Assembly (NCBI GenBank): GCA_000004985.1
Contig: GG738845.1
Direction: 5' to 3' (one strand)
DNA length: 64,000 bases
Source: Naegleria gruberi
Taxonomy: Eukaryota
Shown here: positions 10,377-21,492 of the stretch, piece by piece
Position numbering within the stretch: position 1 is the first letter of the stretch
How the letters are laid out: each line of letters opens with the position of its first letter
Notes under the pieces: model-generated
Told to the model about the DNA's origin: nothing
Seen by the model: only the letters and a program-made list of their open reading frames with translations
Database searches by the model: none
Made by a program: the position numbers and the translations under genes

Positions 10377-12230
10377 TTAAAAGTAATTAAGAGAAATGTT
10401 ATAATCAGTTTCTCCAGAATTCCAACGAGCTCCATTCAATAACAACTTTTCCTTACTCTTCTCCTTCTTCTTTGGTAATACCATTCCTGAGCTAATGATA
10501 CCTAATTCACTCTTCACTAGAGATAATTGTTTAAGTTGTGAAATACTGCTCTTAATTCTTGTTTGAATCGTTTGAATAACTTCTAAGCAATCCTTTTTAA
10601 GTAAAAATTCTCCAAAATGTGAATGAACCAATATTTGTGTCCAAACCATACATGATTCAATATGAACTGCTTCATCTTTCAATAAATTCAAAACCGTAAC
10701 AACTGCTTCAAAATCTAAAGTCTTGACAAATTTCATCATACTCAATAATTGTACATTTCTGTACTGGCTATTCAATACAAGTCTTAAACCTTCCTGATAA
10801 TTTTCTCTGTTGTAAATACTGATATAACGAATAATTTGTTCATCTGATAAAATGAGCAATTTTACAATGAGATTCAAACTTGTTCTATACTTTGCACTAT
10901 AATTGTCCAATAAATAATTAACTATCTTATTCATAATACCAATATGAATACTTGTCATTCCATCACTTCTTTCAATTTGGGTATAATTAGAAAGTAAATA
11001 ATCTAAGCAGGGTAAGACATTATCATTGGAAATATTATTGAAAACATGTTCCAATAAAATCTGATAATATTCAATCAATGGTAATTGTTTGATATATTCT
11101 AATAAATTAGAAGAATTCTTCAGTAAAGCATCTAGAATATTTAAACGTTTTTGTTGTAATTCTGTTTCAATCTTATTCCATTGAGATGAATCGTGAATAG
11201 AAAACACAAAACCATTATCAGTCTTGTGGGAGTCAACAAAAATGTTGGTCAATTTTCTATTCTTGATTTGGATAGCCTTTGTAAACTTTATACCATCAAA
11301 TTTGAACATTTTGAATAAACACTTATCAAAAATAACAAAAGGTTGGTTATAAGCAACAAATCTCAAATTATTCTTGATTAGTGCATATTTCATTACTGTT
11401 GTTAAATCCTTATTCCAAATTTGGATAATTGTGGAGTTTTGGTTGTTCATTGTAAGTAATAAGTAGTCATTGTCATATTTTGAAATATTAATATTCTTGA
11501 ACAATTTTTTGAAAGTAACCAATTTAGTATTTTGGTCTTTAATAAAATTATAGGAAAATAATGTATTGGTTGAAATATCTAAGTAAATCAAACATGATTC
11601 AGTACTATATTTATACTCGTATTGCTCAACATTGGTTAATAATTTCTTCAAAGAAATGCTAATAGATGATCCTTGAATTGTATGTAAAACATGTTCATGA
11701 TTAATGTGAATAAATTCATTTTCAAATATATTTTTAACTATTTGGTAGAATTTGATATCCTTTACATGATTTACAATCTTTGATTGATTACCATCTACAG
11801 TATGTTCCGTAATAGATGACTTATTCTTAGTATAGTAAACTAGCGAGTCATTATTAAAATATATTCTAGATGAATTACTTTTTGTGCTGTAGGTAGTCAA
11901 ATTTTCAATTTGGTCCTTCAACTTTTCAAATCTAGTGAATGAAAAGTTATCATTCTCTTGTTTCACGGAAAGAATATATTGTGATGATGATTCCAATCCA
12001 ATGATTTCTTTTATGGATTCATTATTAATTTTTCCTTCCAAAGATTTATCACAAGATAAGATACACTTGATTGAAGATGTATTATTAATTAAATCATAAT
12101 TTGTTGTATCACTTTCAACATTGTTACTAGTATTTGACTCCGTAATATTGTTGCTGGGTGGTAAACTTTTTGTTGGGCTGGTAATGTTTGGTGCTGCTTT
12201 TGAAGGTGTTGTGGAACGCTTTTTTGTCAT
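10377..12230 (-). CDS. Hypothetical 617-aa protein with a Ser/Thr/Asn-rich N-terminus and a structured C-terminal domain
   Basis: Long uninterrupted ORF starting at ATG. I recognise no family. The stop is 2 bp from the stop of the convergent gene at 10374. Confidence 0.4.
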   Translation of the reverse strand: MTKKRSTTPSKAAPNITSPTKSLPPSNNITESNTSNNVESDTTNYDLINNTSSIKCILSCDKSLEGKINNESIKEIIGLESSSQYILSVKQENDNFSFTRFEKLKDQIENLTTYSTKSNSSRIYFNNDSLVYYTKNKSSITEHTVDGNQSKIVNHVKDIKFYQIVKNIFENEFIHINHEHVLHTIQGSSISISLKKLLTNVEQYEYKYSTESCLIYLDISTNTLFSYNFIKDQNTKLVTFKKLFKNINISKYDNDYLLLTMNNQNSTIIQIWNKDLTTVMKYALIKNNLRFVAYNQPFVIFDKCLFKMFKFDGIKFTKAIQIKNRKLTNIFVDSHKTDNGFVFSIHDSSQWNKIETELQQKRLNILDALLKNSSNLLEYIKQLPLIEYYQILLEHVFNNISNDNVLPCLDYLLSNYTQIERSDGMTSIHIGIMNKIVNYLLDNYSAKYRTSLNLIVKLLILSDEQIIRYISIYNRENYQEGLRLVLNSQYRNVQLLSMMKFVKTLDFEAVVTVLNLLKDEAVHIESCMVWTQILVHSHFGEFLLKKDCLEVIQTIQTRIKSSISQLKQLSLVKSELGIISSGMVLPKKKEKSKEKLLLNGARWNSGETDYNISLNYF

Positions 12231-12427
12231 TTTTTTTTAATCAAAATTTTAGTTGATGTTTTTTTTCAATTAATTAAAAATATGAATCATCAAGTAAATA
12301 AATTAAATATTCTAAAAACCTGTTTTTCGTTTCCAAAATACAACTTGCAAGTGAAATACTAATACAAACTATTAAATATAAAATTAAATTGAAAACACGT
12401 AGTGATTCAATACAAATTGGTTAATAA

Positions 12428-12448
12428 TTTGTGCGCCCGCCAATATGT
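12428..12448. promoter_or_regulatory. E2F-like motif GTGCGCCCGCCAA (reverse complement TTGGCGGGCGC) about 55 bp upstream of the ATG at 12499
   Basis: Matches the TTGGCGGG core shared with the sites at 1494 and 21409. Confidence 0.35.
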
Positions 12449-12498
12449 TATTGAAAGCGCTCTAATTTAATTGCATTTCAATTAGATTTTCAAAAAAG

Positions 12499-14760
12499 AT
12501 GGCTGCAGTGATTCCGTTAAGATCCGGTTATGAATTCCTCCAAGATACATCATCAAAATTGGTGGACGAAGGAATGACCAAAGTAGTTGTTGCCATGTTG
12601 ATGAATCACATCTTACCACAACTCTATGTTAGTCAATTATCCAAATTCGAAACATTTTCTGTTCCTTCACCTCTTTCTATTGAGGGAGAAGAGAACAATG
12701 ATCACTTTTTACTATTTGAAAAAGAAGCATCAACAAGTGGCAACAATTGCTCCAAGTGCCGTTATTTTGAAAACCTTGCCTTTTCTTCTTCATTCAACAA
12801 GTATTGCCAAGTAAATTGTACAAATTGCGACTGTTGTAATAACTCCAAAGAATTAACTCTTGATTCTCCTACAAACAATTACAACTTTGATTCTTATCAT
12901 CAACCCATCATGGTTCTTCCAACCTCAAATAATAATCATTCAAGCAATGAAACAAATACTGGTAATTCTCAATATGTTAGAGATTACCTTCTCAACTCAT
13001 TATTTCAATCAGATTTGCATACTGGCAACTCTCTTTCCAACATGCAACAACAAACTCAAAATGACAAGAACTATTTCCTTTCGAATGAAGGTTCCACTAT
13101 TCAAGAACCAAAAAATATGGTTTTTCCAGATATAAATAGAAAAAACCAAAACGAAAAAAAATCAATGACAATACTACCACAAACAACCCAAACTTTATAT
13201 CAAAACTCATTCATAGAAACTATTAATAATACTCACTCAAGTGAAGAGGAAGATGCATCATCCAGTAGCTGTTTGAGCAATTCTTCTGCCTTTTCGAATC
13301 AATCTTTTAATGTTAAACGAGAGAGTTTCATCTCAAATGAAAGGTCATGGAAGGTTGCTTTTGAATCGGAGGAGTATAAAGGATTATTAAGAAATACATC
13401 ATTCAAAATCAAGACAAGAACTGACGATATTGAAGTAAACATTTCCTCTCAACTGTACTCCAGTTTAAAGTATCAGTTTAACATTTCAACATTTATTAAT
13501 AAGAAAAGAGCCACCGAATTGGCAATTAATCAAAAAAGTTATGGAGGTATCATAATAGCCACAGTAGAATCGCTTATTGTTAAAAATGAAGAGGATGACG
13601 ATACAGACGAAGAAACTTTGAAGAAGGACGAAATATGCCAAGATGTTTTGAAAGGTGAGTCAGAATTAGCACTACAACCTATAGAATCAATAGAAGCTAC
13701 TGAATCAAAAGCTTTCAAACCATTCCTTCAACAATTAAGAAGAGAAATAAGTAAAGAGGACAATGATTGTGATGAAAGGGAATGGATATGCCTATTAAAT
13801 AAGACTAAGATGCAATTTTCTGATCAATCACAACACAATAAGAAAAATTCCTACGTTATGAGAGTTAGTTTTTATCTCAACAAGGAATTTAAGGAAAGAA
13901 AACCAATAATTATTTTCGATAGTGCTCCTTTCAAAATATATGCAAGAAGAAGCAAGAAATTGGACGAATCAGAAGAACCTAGAAAGAGAAAGAGGAAAAT
14001 CAAAAGCAAAACAACCTCAAAGAAACAAAAAAGTAATGATATTTCTCTTTTATCAAAATTTGAATCGGAATTGGGAGAATTGGTTCAATTCATTGGTGAA
14101 ATGACAAATTCAACTGAAAGAAATAGAGCAGTACAAGCTTTTATCACCAATCTAGTTTCACTAGAAAGTATCCAAGATAGAGCAGAGCCCATAGCCCCAA
14201 TACATATAGATACATCTTTTGGAAGGCAACCAGGAACTGCAGCAAAACTATTGAATGAGAGGATTCCAGAACTGAATCCTTATCCATTTTTTGATAGTAC
14301 TTTCTATGGAAATTATTCAAATAGAGAAGAAAATTCATTAGAATCATCAATATCCAAGGATATGCTGCTTTCTATTGGTCAATCTAGTGTTCTAGATAGC
14401 CCACATACACCTGATCTAATGAAAGGAAGTGAATCAAAACCACATCAAAATCACCCTCCAAGAATTTTACAATTATTGAACCAACCAAGTAGTAGACTAG
14501 ATTTAAGTAAGGTGAAAAATATTGGTTCAATGAATCCTTCAATGCTAAATAAGTATTTGCAAGATGATGTACAAACTCCAACATTAATGAACTCACAACA
14601 ATCCAATAACTTGATCGGAATGGAAAATAGTTTAGATATATTTGATGTAAGCCCTTTACCTATTCAAGGAAATATCAGTAATAGTTTACCAAACGAAACA
14701 AATGCATTCGATCAGTTACTATTCGATATTCACAGAACCCAACCCAAGAAAGAGAAATAA
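12499..14760 (+). CDS. Ser/Asn-rich nuclear-type protein (753 aa) with an N-terminal Cys cluster and a basic KRKRK NLS
   Basis: ATG start in an AAAAGATGG context. Contains CSKCRYF...CQVNCTNCDCC and RRSKKLDESEEPRKRKRKIKSKTTSKKQK. Confidence 0.45.
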   Translation: MAAVIPLRSGYEFLQDTSSKLVDEGMTKVVVAMLMNHILPQLYVSQLSKFETFSVPSPLSIEGEENNDHFLLFEKEASTSGNNCSKCRYFENLAFSSSFNKYCQVNCTNCDCCNNSKELTLDSPTNNYNFDSYHQPIMVLPTSNNNHSSNETNTGNSQYVRDYLLNSLFQSDLHTGNSLSNMQQQTQNDKNYFLSNEGSTIQEPKNMVFPDINRKNQNEKKSMTILPQTTQTLYQNSFIETINNTHSSEEEDASSSSCLSNSSAFSNQSFNVKRESFISNERSWKVAFESEEYKGLLRNTSFKIKTRTDDIEVNISSQLYSSLKYQFNISTFINKKRATELAINQKSYGGIIIATVESLIVKNEEDDDTDEETLKKDEICQDVLKGESELALQPIESIEATESKAFKPFLQQLRREISKEDNDCDEREWICLLNKTKMQFSDQSQHNKKNSYVMRVSFYLNKEFKERKPIIIFDSAPFKIYARRSKKLDESEEPRKRKRKIKSKTTSKKQKSNDISLLSKFESELGELVQFIGEMTNSTERNRAVQAFITNLVSLESIQDRAEPIAPIHIDTSFGRQPGTAAKLLNERIPELNPYPFFDSTFYGNYSNREENSLESSISKDMLLSIGQSSVLDSPHTPDLMKGSESKPHQNHPPRILQLLNQPSSRLDLSKVKNIGSMNPSMLNKYLQDDVQTPTLMNSQQSNNLIGMENSLDIFDVSPLPIQGNISNSLPNETNAFDQLLFDIHRTQPKKEK

Positions 14761-14847
14761 TTTAGAAATACATCGAATTAATTCTTTGACACAACACCAA
14801 CCAAACATCTATAAAATAAATACAAATTAAACAAAATATGATAAAAC

Positions 14848-15201
14848 TTACTTTTCTAATATGAAATCAGAATTTACGAAAGCATGATATTCATCAAACA
14901 ACTTGGTGCAATCTTTTCCTAAAATTTCATCCAAAATATCAACCCCTCCTGGGTGATGTAGTAAAAAATCTGTTATATCATAAACATATCCTCGTAAAAT
15001 TACCCAAGCATCTGATCTGGTATTGTGTTTTACAATTTCACTGTTTGTTATTTGTTTAGTTTTGTTTTGAGTAGTTGTGGGCATTTTCATGGCTTGTCTG
15101 GACCAATGCATTAAACCAAAACCACTTGGAAGAGGTACTTTTTGGCGAGTTCTTGTTGTATTGCTGGTAGATGGCAATGAGTGAGGTTCCGAAGAAGACA
15201 T
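14848..15201 (-). CDS. Cytochrome b5 heme-binding domain protein (Ncb5or/CYB5R4-like N-terminal domain)
   Basis: LPSGFGLMHWSRQ...DAWVILRGYVYDITDFLLHHPGGVDILDEILGKDCTKLFDEYH carries the HPGG heme-ligand motif and aligns with CYB5R4 (LKPGHSLMDWIRL...[27 protein letters not shown]). A GTAAGT donor overlaps the stop codon, so a short spliced C-terminal extension is possible. Confidence 0.6.
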   Translation of the reverse strand: MSSSEPHSLPSTSNTTRTRQKVPLPSGFGLMHWSRQAMKMPTTTQNKTKQITNSEIVKHNTRSDAWVILRGYVYDITDFLLHHPGGVDILDEILGKDCTKLFDEYHAFVNSDFILEK

Positions 15202-15257
15202 TTTTCTTAATTCTAAAAATAAGTTGAATAAAAATTTAAAACATCACCACAGTAAAT

Positions 15258-15668
15258 ATGTTTAAAATTGTGGATGGTAGACTTTTGGTGGACATTAAAT
15301 TATATTCGGAACATATTATTCAAGATTTAATATTATATTTTTCGTATGAGAGAATTTTAATCGGATTTATTCTGTTATTTATTTCATATTATATTATCAA
15401 AAAGATTGTAAAGAGAAGAACACTTGTTGGCAAATGTTGGAATTGTGGAGAAACATTTTATTTAACAAAAAGACAAGTGAATTTGGGATGGAAATGTCCA
15501 ACGAGGAATTGTCACTCTTTTAATAGTGGTCCTTCTTCTAATTCACAATCCTTANNNNNNNNNNNNNNNNNNNNNNNNNNNNNNNNNNNNNNNNNNNNNN
15601 NNNNTTTCTATTTATTCCTTCTTTTTGATGAACTTGTTACATATTATACTATTATTGATTGGTGGTGA
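15258..15668 (+). CDS. Hypothetical protein with a zinc-ribbon-like CWNCG...CPTRNC, broken by the assembly gap 15545-15604
   Basis: The ORF spans an N-run and the model is unreliable. Confidence 0.25.
   Translation: MFKIVDGRLLVDIKLYSEHIIQDLILYFSYERILIGFILLFISYYIIKKIVKRRTLVGKCWNCGETFYLTKRQVNLGWKCPTRNCHSFNSGPSSNSQSLXXXXXXXXXXXXXXXXXFYLFLLFDELVTYYTIIDWW
15545..15604. other. Assembly gap (60 N)
   Basis: Run of N characters. Confidence 1.
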
Positions 15669-15996
15669 AAAGTGTAAAAGTTTATTTAGAATGTCAATAG
15701 AACAAGCTGAATTCAAACTCTATATTACACAATTAGTATTCTTATTGGCAACAATTTTTGGATGTACAATATGTGGTCACAGTATTGGATTTTGTGTATG
15801 TATTCAACTTGTTGATTTTTACTCAAATTTATAAGATCCTAATTGTTTTACTTACTTTCCTTTCCTTCAAATTTATTACATTTAAACTCTTTTTTATAGC
15901 CATCATTTCTGTGTTAACATTGATGGTAAGTAAATGAATATTTTTCAAATCTAGATTTTGTAGAAAATTCTTAAAATCAATTCTCAAACAATTGAA

Positions 15997-16641
15997 ATGG
16001 GTATGGGGGATGAACAAGATTTTGAAAGGTATGTGGAGGAGAGGTATCTTCAAAAGCAATATCAACAAGTAGAGGAACAAGTGGGTTCTCATGAAAGTAA
16101 TTCAGAAATTGAGGATGAAGATTTTTCTAAATTGTCACTAGCTGATCCTAATTCTGATTCTGAAGAATTATTCCTATCTGAAAGAGATATTAACCCATGG
16201 GCCAAAGAAGATAAATTCAAAAAACCTCCAAAATATGCTATAGATTCTCGACAATTATTTAATGATGCTCAATCAATAGTTAATCCTCCCAATGAAAGAG
16301 ATAACAGAGAAATATTAGAAGATGAAAACATGACAGATAGTGCTGACAAAACAGGAGAAAATCAAATTATTGATAAGAACATAGTGTCTTCCGATTTACC
16401 TCTTCAGGATATCATTTCTAACGAAAGTGACAAAAGAGAAATAATACCAGAAACACTGTTACCAAATTTTGAACAGCAAAACCTGATAGATTACAAGAAA
16501 GAAATCGTTGAATCATCAAATATTGAAAAAAAAACACTTTCAAGGTTGCACTGGATTGGCATTACATCATTCATGGTAGCAGTAATTTCTGTGCTTGTAA
16601 TCACATTTCTTGATATTTACCAAACAGCTAAACATGGATAA
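15997..16641 (+). CDS. Acidic protein with a single C-terminal transmembrane anchor (tail-anchored type), hypothetical
   Basis: ATG start. Asp/Glu/Ser-rich with a C-terminal LHWIGITSFMVAVISVLVITFLDIY. Confidence 0.4.
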   Translation: MGMGDEQDFERYVEERYLQKQYQQVEEQVGSHESNSEIEDEDFSKLSLADPNSDSEELFLSERDINPWAKEDKFKKPPKYAIDSRQLFNDAQSIVNPPNERDNREILEDENMTDSADKTGENQIIDKNIVSSDLPLQDIISNESDKREIIPETLLPNFEQQNLIDYKKEIVESSNIEKKTLSRLHWIGITSFMVAVISVLVITFLDIYQTAKHG

Positions 16642-16661
16642 TAATAATTTATTGGATAAAT

Positions 16662-19600
16662 TTACACTTTAAGGTTTGCTTCAAAGGCCTTAATAAGGTC
16701 ATCAGCCAAATCTTTGATAAGCATAGAGCTTTCAGTTTCTCTAATGCGGAAGATTACAGAATAAAGTTCGGTTGTCATAATCTTAGGATTTTCACACCAT
16801 TTGTATAAGCTTTGCACAATCTTAAGTTGATCAGATCGTACTTTTTTGTCAGAATGGGGTTGAAGAAGGGCATGTTTTACAACTTTGGTAATGAACTCGT
16901 TAGATTGACTTAAAGCCTTGCTTAATTTGACAGAGCTTGATATTATACTAAGAAGAGGAGACGAAACAAAACGAGAGGGTGCGCTACAAAACACGTCTAC
17001 TAGTTTGTTAATATTCTCTGATTTGGCAAGAACAGATTCTACACGTTCCTTGTCTTCATTTAACCATTTGCTCAAAGACTCCATAGCTTTAAGTTGCCAA
17101 TTTTGTACTCCTAATACTTTGATGTAGAACTCTAACATTTTGCTATCTTTCAACTCTTTTCTTACGCTTGGAACGTTCACTCTTACAATTTCACATAACA
17201 TGTCAACAGCAAAGGTTTTTAAAATACTATCATTACTGATAAAATATTGTATCTCAGGAACAATACCAGCTTCCACAGCAATGATTTGACGTTTTTTGTT
17301 AAAGCGAGTAAGGTGGAGTATGGCTGTTATCATTTGGTTACCTATGGAAGCATCTCTTTCGGCTAATATTTTTACAAGGACTGGAATACCATCAGCTTTT
17401 TCAAATGATTCAAATGTGACAGGATAGGTAGCGAGATTTTTTGTTACAATAGCTAGGCTTAGCTTGAATTCTTTCTGATCCTCATTGTTTGTATCGAGAG
17501 TAGAGAAAGATTGTAAAATTCTCTTGAGAGAAGCAACTTCTGCCATATGTGCTCTGACTACTGAATCCATATTTGAGAATAGCAAGAGAAGCGATATTGT
17601 CTTGTCCAAATACTTTTTGGTAACCACATCATTGGTGTTAAGAGAAAATCTTTTCACAAGTAATAACAAAACTTCGCTTAGTCTTGGCATTAACCCGTTT
17701 TTGGAGAATAATCTGCAAAAATCATTCTTTGGAGTTTTGATAGCTTCTTGAGGTAAATCAAAAACTTGTTCAATATTCTCTATTGTTTCGTAAACTAATT
17801 CTATACCATCTTCAAGACGATCATTGTCATGGGCCAACAAGTCAACAAGTACTCTAATTCCTTGACATCCAATAAACATTCTCACTGTAAAATGGCTAGT
17901 CTTGAAAATACTTCTAATAAACGATCCAGCTTGATATCTAACAGCATATGGATAGTTTTTGTGGCAAAATTGCATAATATTTGGAAGTATACCAACTAAA
18001 CACAAAGTCTCTTTAAAGTGAATACTCTCTTGAAACCAGGCAATATCATCCTCTAGAATGAATTGGTTGATGAGCTTTAGGGCTGCCTCTATAGTTTTGT
18101 ATGATGAAGAATACTGTTGAGACATTGAGAGAAGTTCTACAAATGGTATTGGAACAACTGATTTCACTCTACACTTTAATCTAGCGAACTCTGTAAGTAT
18201 GGAAATAAGTTTTTCACATTGCACAACAAACAAGTCTTCTGTCATTACATCCTGTTGAAATTTTTCCAAAAGCATGTTAAAATCCTTCTCTGGTTTTAAT
18301 AGTTCATCATCATTTTGTTTGTCCATATCATCAAAAATATCTTCAAATGTATCTTGGAAGAATAGATCATCCTCAATTGCTTCCTCTGCTCTTCCTTGAA
18401 CTTTTTGCATTTTTGCAAATAAATCTTCAGTAGAATTCTTGTCTCCTTTTCCATCCCATGGATCCAAATCATCCTCCCATTCATCATCGTCATCTTCAAC
18501 ATAGATTGATAAATTTTTCTTACTATTTCCTCCTGGAAAGAATGGTTTTGGAAGGAATTTTTCTTTATCCTTTGGAGCTATGTTAACCATATTTGAGAAA
18601 GGATTTACATCGTCATCATCATCAAAAGGATTATCCTCTCTAGGAGATTTAAGCTTGTTTCCGATTTTTAAAGCAAGTCCATCATCATCATCTCCAAAAT
18701 CAAAATTATCCTCTTCTTCATCTTCATTATATTTTTCGAGTTGTGTTGTCTTGATTTCGCCTTCCTTTTCTTTGGTTGTAACTGGTGTTGGTTGTGTTTG
18801 CTTTTTTCCTTGTAAAATCCAAGGATGTTGTAACAGTTGTTCAGCTGTTTTTCTTGATGTTGGATGCTTTTTAAAACAATCCATTAAAAAGTCTTCACAT
18901 TCCGCTGAGATACCTGTTGGTAGTGGAGGATGTTGATCTTGCACAATTCTATACAATGCAGGCATGGCATCCAAATTAAAATATGGAGGTTCTCCATTTA
19001 AAAGTTCAATAACAGTAGCACCCAAACTCCAAATATCAGAAGCAGGTGTGGAAGGGTTCATTTCAATAATTTCGGGAGCCACTATTAAAGGTTAAAATAA
19101 AAGACGATCAAAAGTTTTACTTACTCCAATACGGTGTACCAACAGGATTGTCATCCACATCTGCTAAAGTTGCAGCCACACCACTATGAAAAGTTATTAC
19201 AAAGGAATTAAATAGTTTTCACTTACAAGTCTGCTAGTTTAATGTCACCTTCCTTTGTTGTTAGAATGTTTGCACCTTTAATATCTCTGTGAATAACACC
19301 TTCAGAGTGTAGGTATTGCAAACCTTCCAATACTTGAGCAACATATTTGCAAACAACATTTTCCTTCATATTACCATATTTTTGTACAATATCCAACAAT
19401 GAACCAGTTTCCACAAACTCAATCACAATATATAATTTACTCTTAGAGGGTATATGATCCACATATCTTACTATTCTATTATGTTTTAACTTTTTCAACA
19501 AATTGATTTCGGTCTGCACATAGAGATCGGATCATGATAATAATAATTAAAACGTACATGAATTGTTTCTATTTGTTCTTTTGAACATTTCTTGACCGTT

Positions 19601-19805
19601 ATTCTTTTTACAGCAACAAATTCACCAGTGTCCGTATTGTAGGCTTTATAAACAACGCCAAAACCACCTCTACCTAATACCTCTCCCAATCTCTTTTAAT
19701 AACACTATTAACAACATACTAATATCATTAACCTACATATTTGTTGCCTATAGTTTTAACCTTGTCCTTCTTTTTCTTTGATTTCTTATCTGTCTCACCC
19801 ACCAT
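16662..19805 (-). CDS. Cdc7/Cdc15/sepH-family (MAP3K-epsilon-like) Ser/Thr protein kinase with a C-terminal ARM/HEAT repeat domain. Five exons: 19805..19737, 19692..19558, 19513..19227, 19183..19125 and 19081..16662
   Basis: The spliced N-terminus [23 protein letters not shown]|[19 protein letters not shown]...VAVKRI...|[15 protein letters not shown]...[22 protein letters not shown]|GVAATL...GTPYW|MAPEII...[14 protein letters not shown] restores kinase subdomains I-IX. The four introns are 43-44 nt with GTAGGT, GTACGT, GTAAGT and GTAAGT donors. Track ORFs 19495..19689 and 19223..19519 are exons starting at TTG and GTG. The approximately 800-aa C-terminal half is helical-repeat, as in S. pombe Cdc7 or Aspergillus SepH. 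Confidence 0.85.
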
Positions 19806-19891
19806 TTTATTAGAGCAGTTGGTTCCGGACAGATGAAACCGTCAATTTTTTCTAATTAAAAAATTTAATTGTTATTATTATTTACAAATTA

Positions 19892-21376
19892 TTATTCTTC
19901 ATCGTTATCTTGTGGTTCGTCCTTCTTTGGAGGGATAAACTTTTTCATGTCTTCTATTGTTGGATCTAATTGTTGGCATAATTTCACTTCTTCATATTCG
20001 TTCAATATTGGAAGTAAGAACTGTGGAGAGAATGCGCCACCCTTATAACCGTAACCAATGTAAACATTGGAAAATACCATATCTTTCGAGTTCCTCTTGT
20101 AACCAACCGTAAAGGCACCATTCCATAATCTATTTGAAAGACAAATAACCTCATTATCAAGACTTTGATGTGATGATCTTATTGTCCAATTTTCTTTTGA
20201 AATTGAGGATAATGGTTTAGGTATTCTTTCAACTGTTTTCTTCAATTGATCAAAGTCTGGGTTTTCTTTTTCCTCAGAAGTCCAGAAGAATGAACATCTT
20301 CCTTGTTTTCTTAGTATCGGTGGAAGAAGGTTAACCCAACTGTTATGTTTAGAAATATCTAGCTTTGCCAATTGCTCTTCAAATTCAGTATTTTGTTCAA
20401 TAGCAGCAAGGGTTTCATTTGCAATAGTTAAATTAGGTGGAAGATTCAATTCTGGATCTACCTCGTCTTCATCTGCGCTAAGCTTCATTCTTCCCAATGG
20501 AGCTAGGATGCAAGAGTGAGAGATTCTTGCAATCTGACATCTCAATAGTTCCATTTCTGTGCCTTTGAATGGAGGGTGTGACAAAACTTGTTGGTCCAAT
20601 CTTCCAGTAAAAAACTTTTTGATTTTTCTGCTTCTGTTAATGCTCTCTGGGTTTGAATCTGGAAGTCTTGTCCAAGTATCAGCATTTCCGCCAACATTAT
20701 TTGATACATAGTAAATGTATTTGTTTGTTCCATCAGTTTCGGGTGGAATTCCATTTTCCTTTTTTTCATTTTCATCATTGTCTTGTTCTGGTTCATCAGT
20801 CTTCTTAGTTTGTTCTGTCTCTAGTATGTAATAATTTTTCTCTATTCCCAGTATTTTGCCAAAGAAACGAATGGAATCTATGTCATTGTTTGATGAAACA
20901 ACTGATTTCATTGAAACCAATAACCGGATGAGTTCCATTTCTCCAATTCCAATACCTACATCCCTGAATAATTTTCCTTCATAGAGAATATCAGACATTT
21001 TGAGTGTATCCAATCCTTCCTCCCCTTCTTCTGTGTTGTCTACATCTTCATCTGTTTTTTTCTTTGGCTTTATTGGTGGATTTATAAGGGCAAGGTATTG
21101 TTCGGATCTCTTGAAATCCTTTTCCAAAATATTTTCATCATCTACTCCCATCCATGGTTTGTACAGTTTTGTTAAACGTTCAAAGGCTGATCTTTCCTTT
21201 GCAGGAACGAAGCTTCCTTCCTTTACTAAATTACAAAATTGTTCAATTTTAGAGAATGGATTTTTAGGCTTTTCTTGAAGTAATCTGAAAATTACTTCTG
21301 AAAAGAAATCCTCAATCGTAATTTTTTCCTTTTCCTCACCAAGATCCGTACATTTAACCTTTGATACAAAAGACAT
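19892..21376 (-). CDS. Radial spoke head protein 4/6-like (RSPH4A/RSPH6A family)
   Basis: 494-aa ORF with an ATG start. LYEGKLFRDVGIGIGEMELIRLLVSMKSV resembles the conserved RSP4/6 segment (LYEG.L..G.G.G.GE.E..R..L.LK), with an acidic N-terminus and an FWTSEE..NPDF region. The assignment is from memory of the family, not a database search. Confidence 0.55.
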   Translation of the reverse strand: MSFVSKVKCTDLGEEKEKITIEDFFSEVIFRLLQEKPKNPFSKIEQFCNLVKEGSFVPAKERSAFERLTKLYKPWMGVDDENILEKDFKRSEQYLALINPPIKPKKKTDEDVDNTEEGEEGLDTLKMSDILYEGKLFRDVGIGIGEMELIRLLVSMKSVVSSNNDIDSIRFFGKILGIEKNYYILETEQTKKTDEPEQDNDENEKKENGIPPETDGTNKYIYYVSNNVGGNADTWTRLPDSNPESINRSRKIKKFFTGRLDQQVLSHPPFKGTEMELLRCQIARISHSCILAPLGRMKLSADEDEVDPELNLPPNLTIANETLAAIEQNTEFEEQLAKLDISKHNSWVNLLPPILRKQGRCSFFWTSEEKENPDFDQLKKTVERIPKPLSSISKENWTIRSSHQSLDNEVICLSNRLWNGAFTVGYKRNSKDMVFSNVYIGYGYKGGAFSPQFLLPILNEYEEVKLCQQLDPTIEDMKKFIPPKKDEPQDNDEE

Positions 21377-21404
21377 TTTTTTTGTTGTTTACTGATGAAT
21401 ATGT

Positions 21405-21450
21405 ACAATTTTGGCGGGAAAAAATCGTTTATCCAATTACCGCCAAATCT
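21405..21450. promoter_or_regulatory. E2F-like motifs TTTGGCGGGAAAAAA (21409-21426) and ATTTGGCGG (minus strand, 21440-21448) inside a 116-bp divergent promoter
   Basis: The sites lie between the ATG at 21376 (minus-strand gene) and the ATG at 21493 (plus-strand gene) and are identical in core to the site upstream of DNA polymerase alpha. Confidence 0.45.
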
Positions 21451-21492
21451 ACATACAAATCAGTTTAGATAAAAAATACATTAGATTAAAAA

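Noticed and set aside
16918-18936. Several + strand ORFs (16918..17127, 17485..17751, 18580..18936) inside the kinase locus
   Set aside because: They are antisense to an 800-aa well-conserved minus-strand exon and have low-complexity composition, so they are not independent genes.
19800-19830. The string TTAGAGCAGTTGGTTCC resembles a tRNA D-arm
   Set aside because: There is no complementary acceptor or T-arm and no GTTCGA T-loop. The minus strand here encodes exon 1 of the kinase (ATGGTGGGTGAG...). A scan by eye of the intergenic regions found no tRNA-like T-loop motifs, but this was not an exhaustive search.
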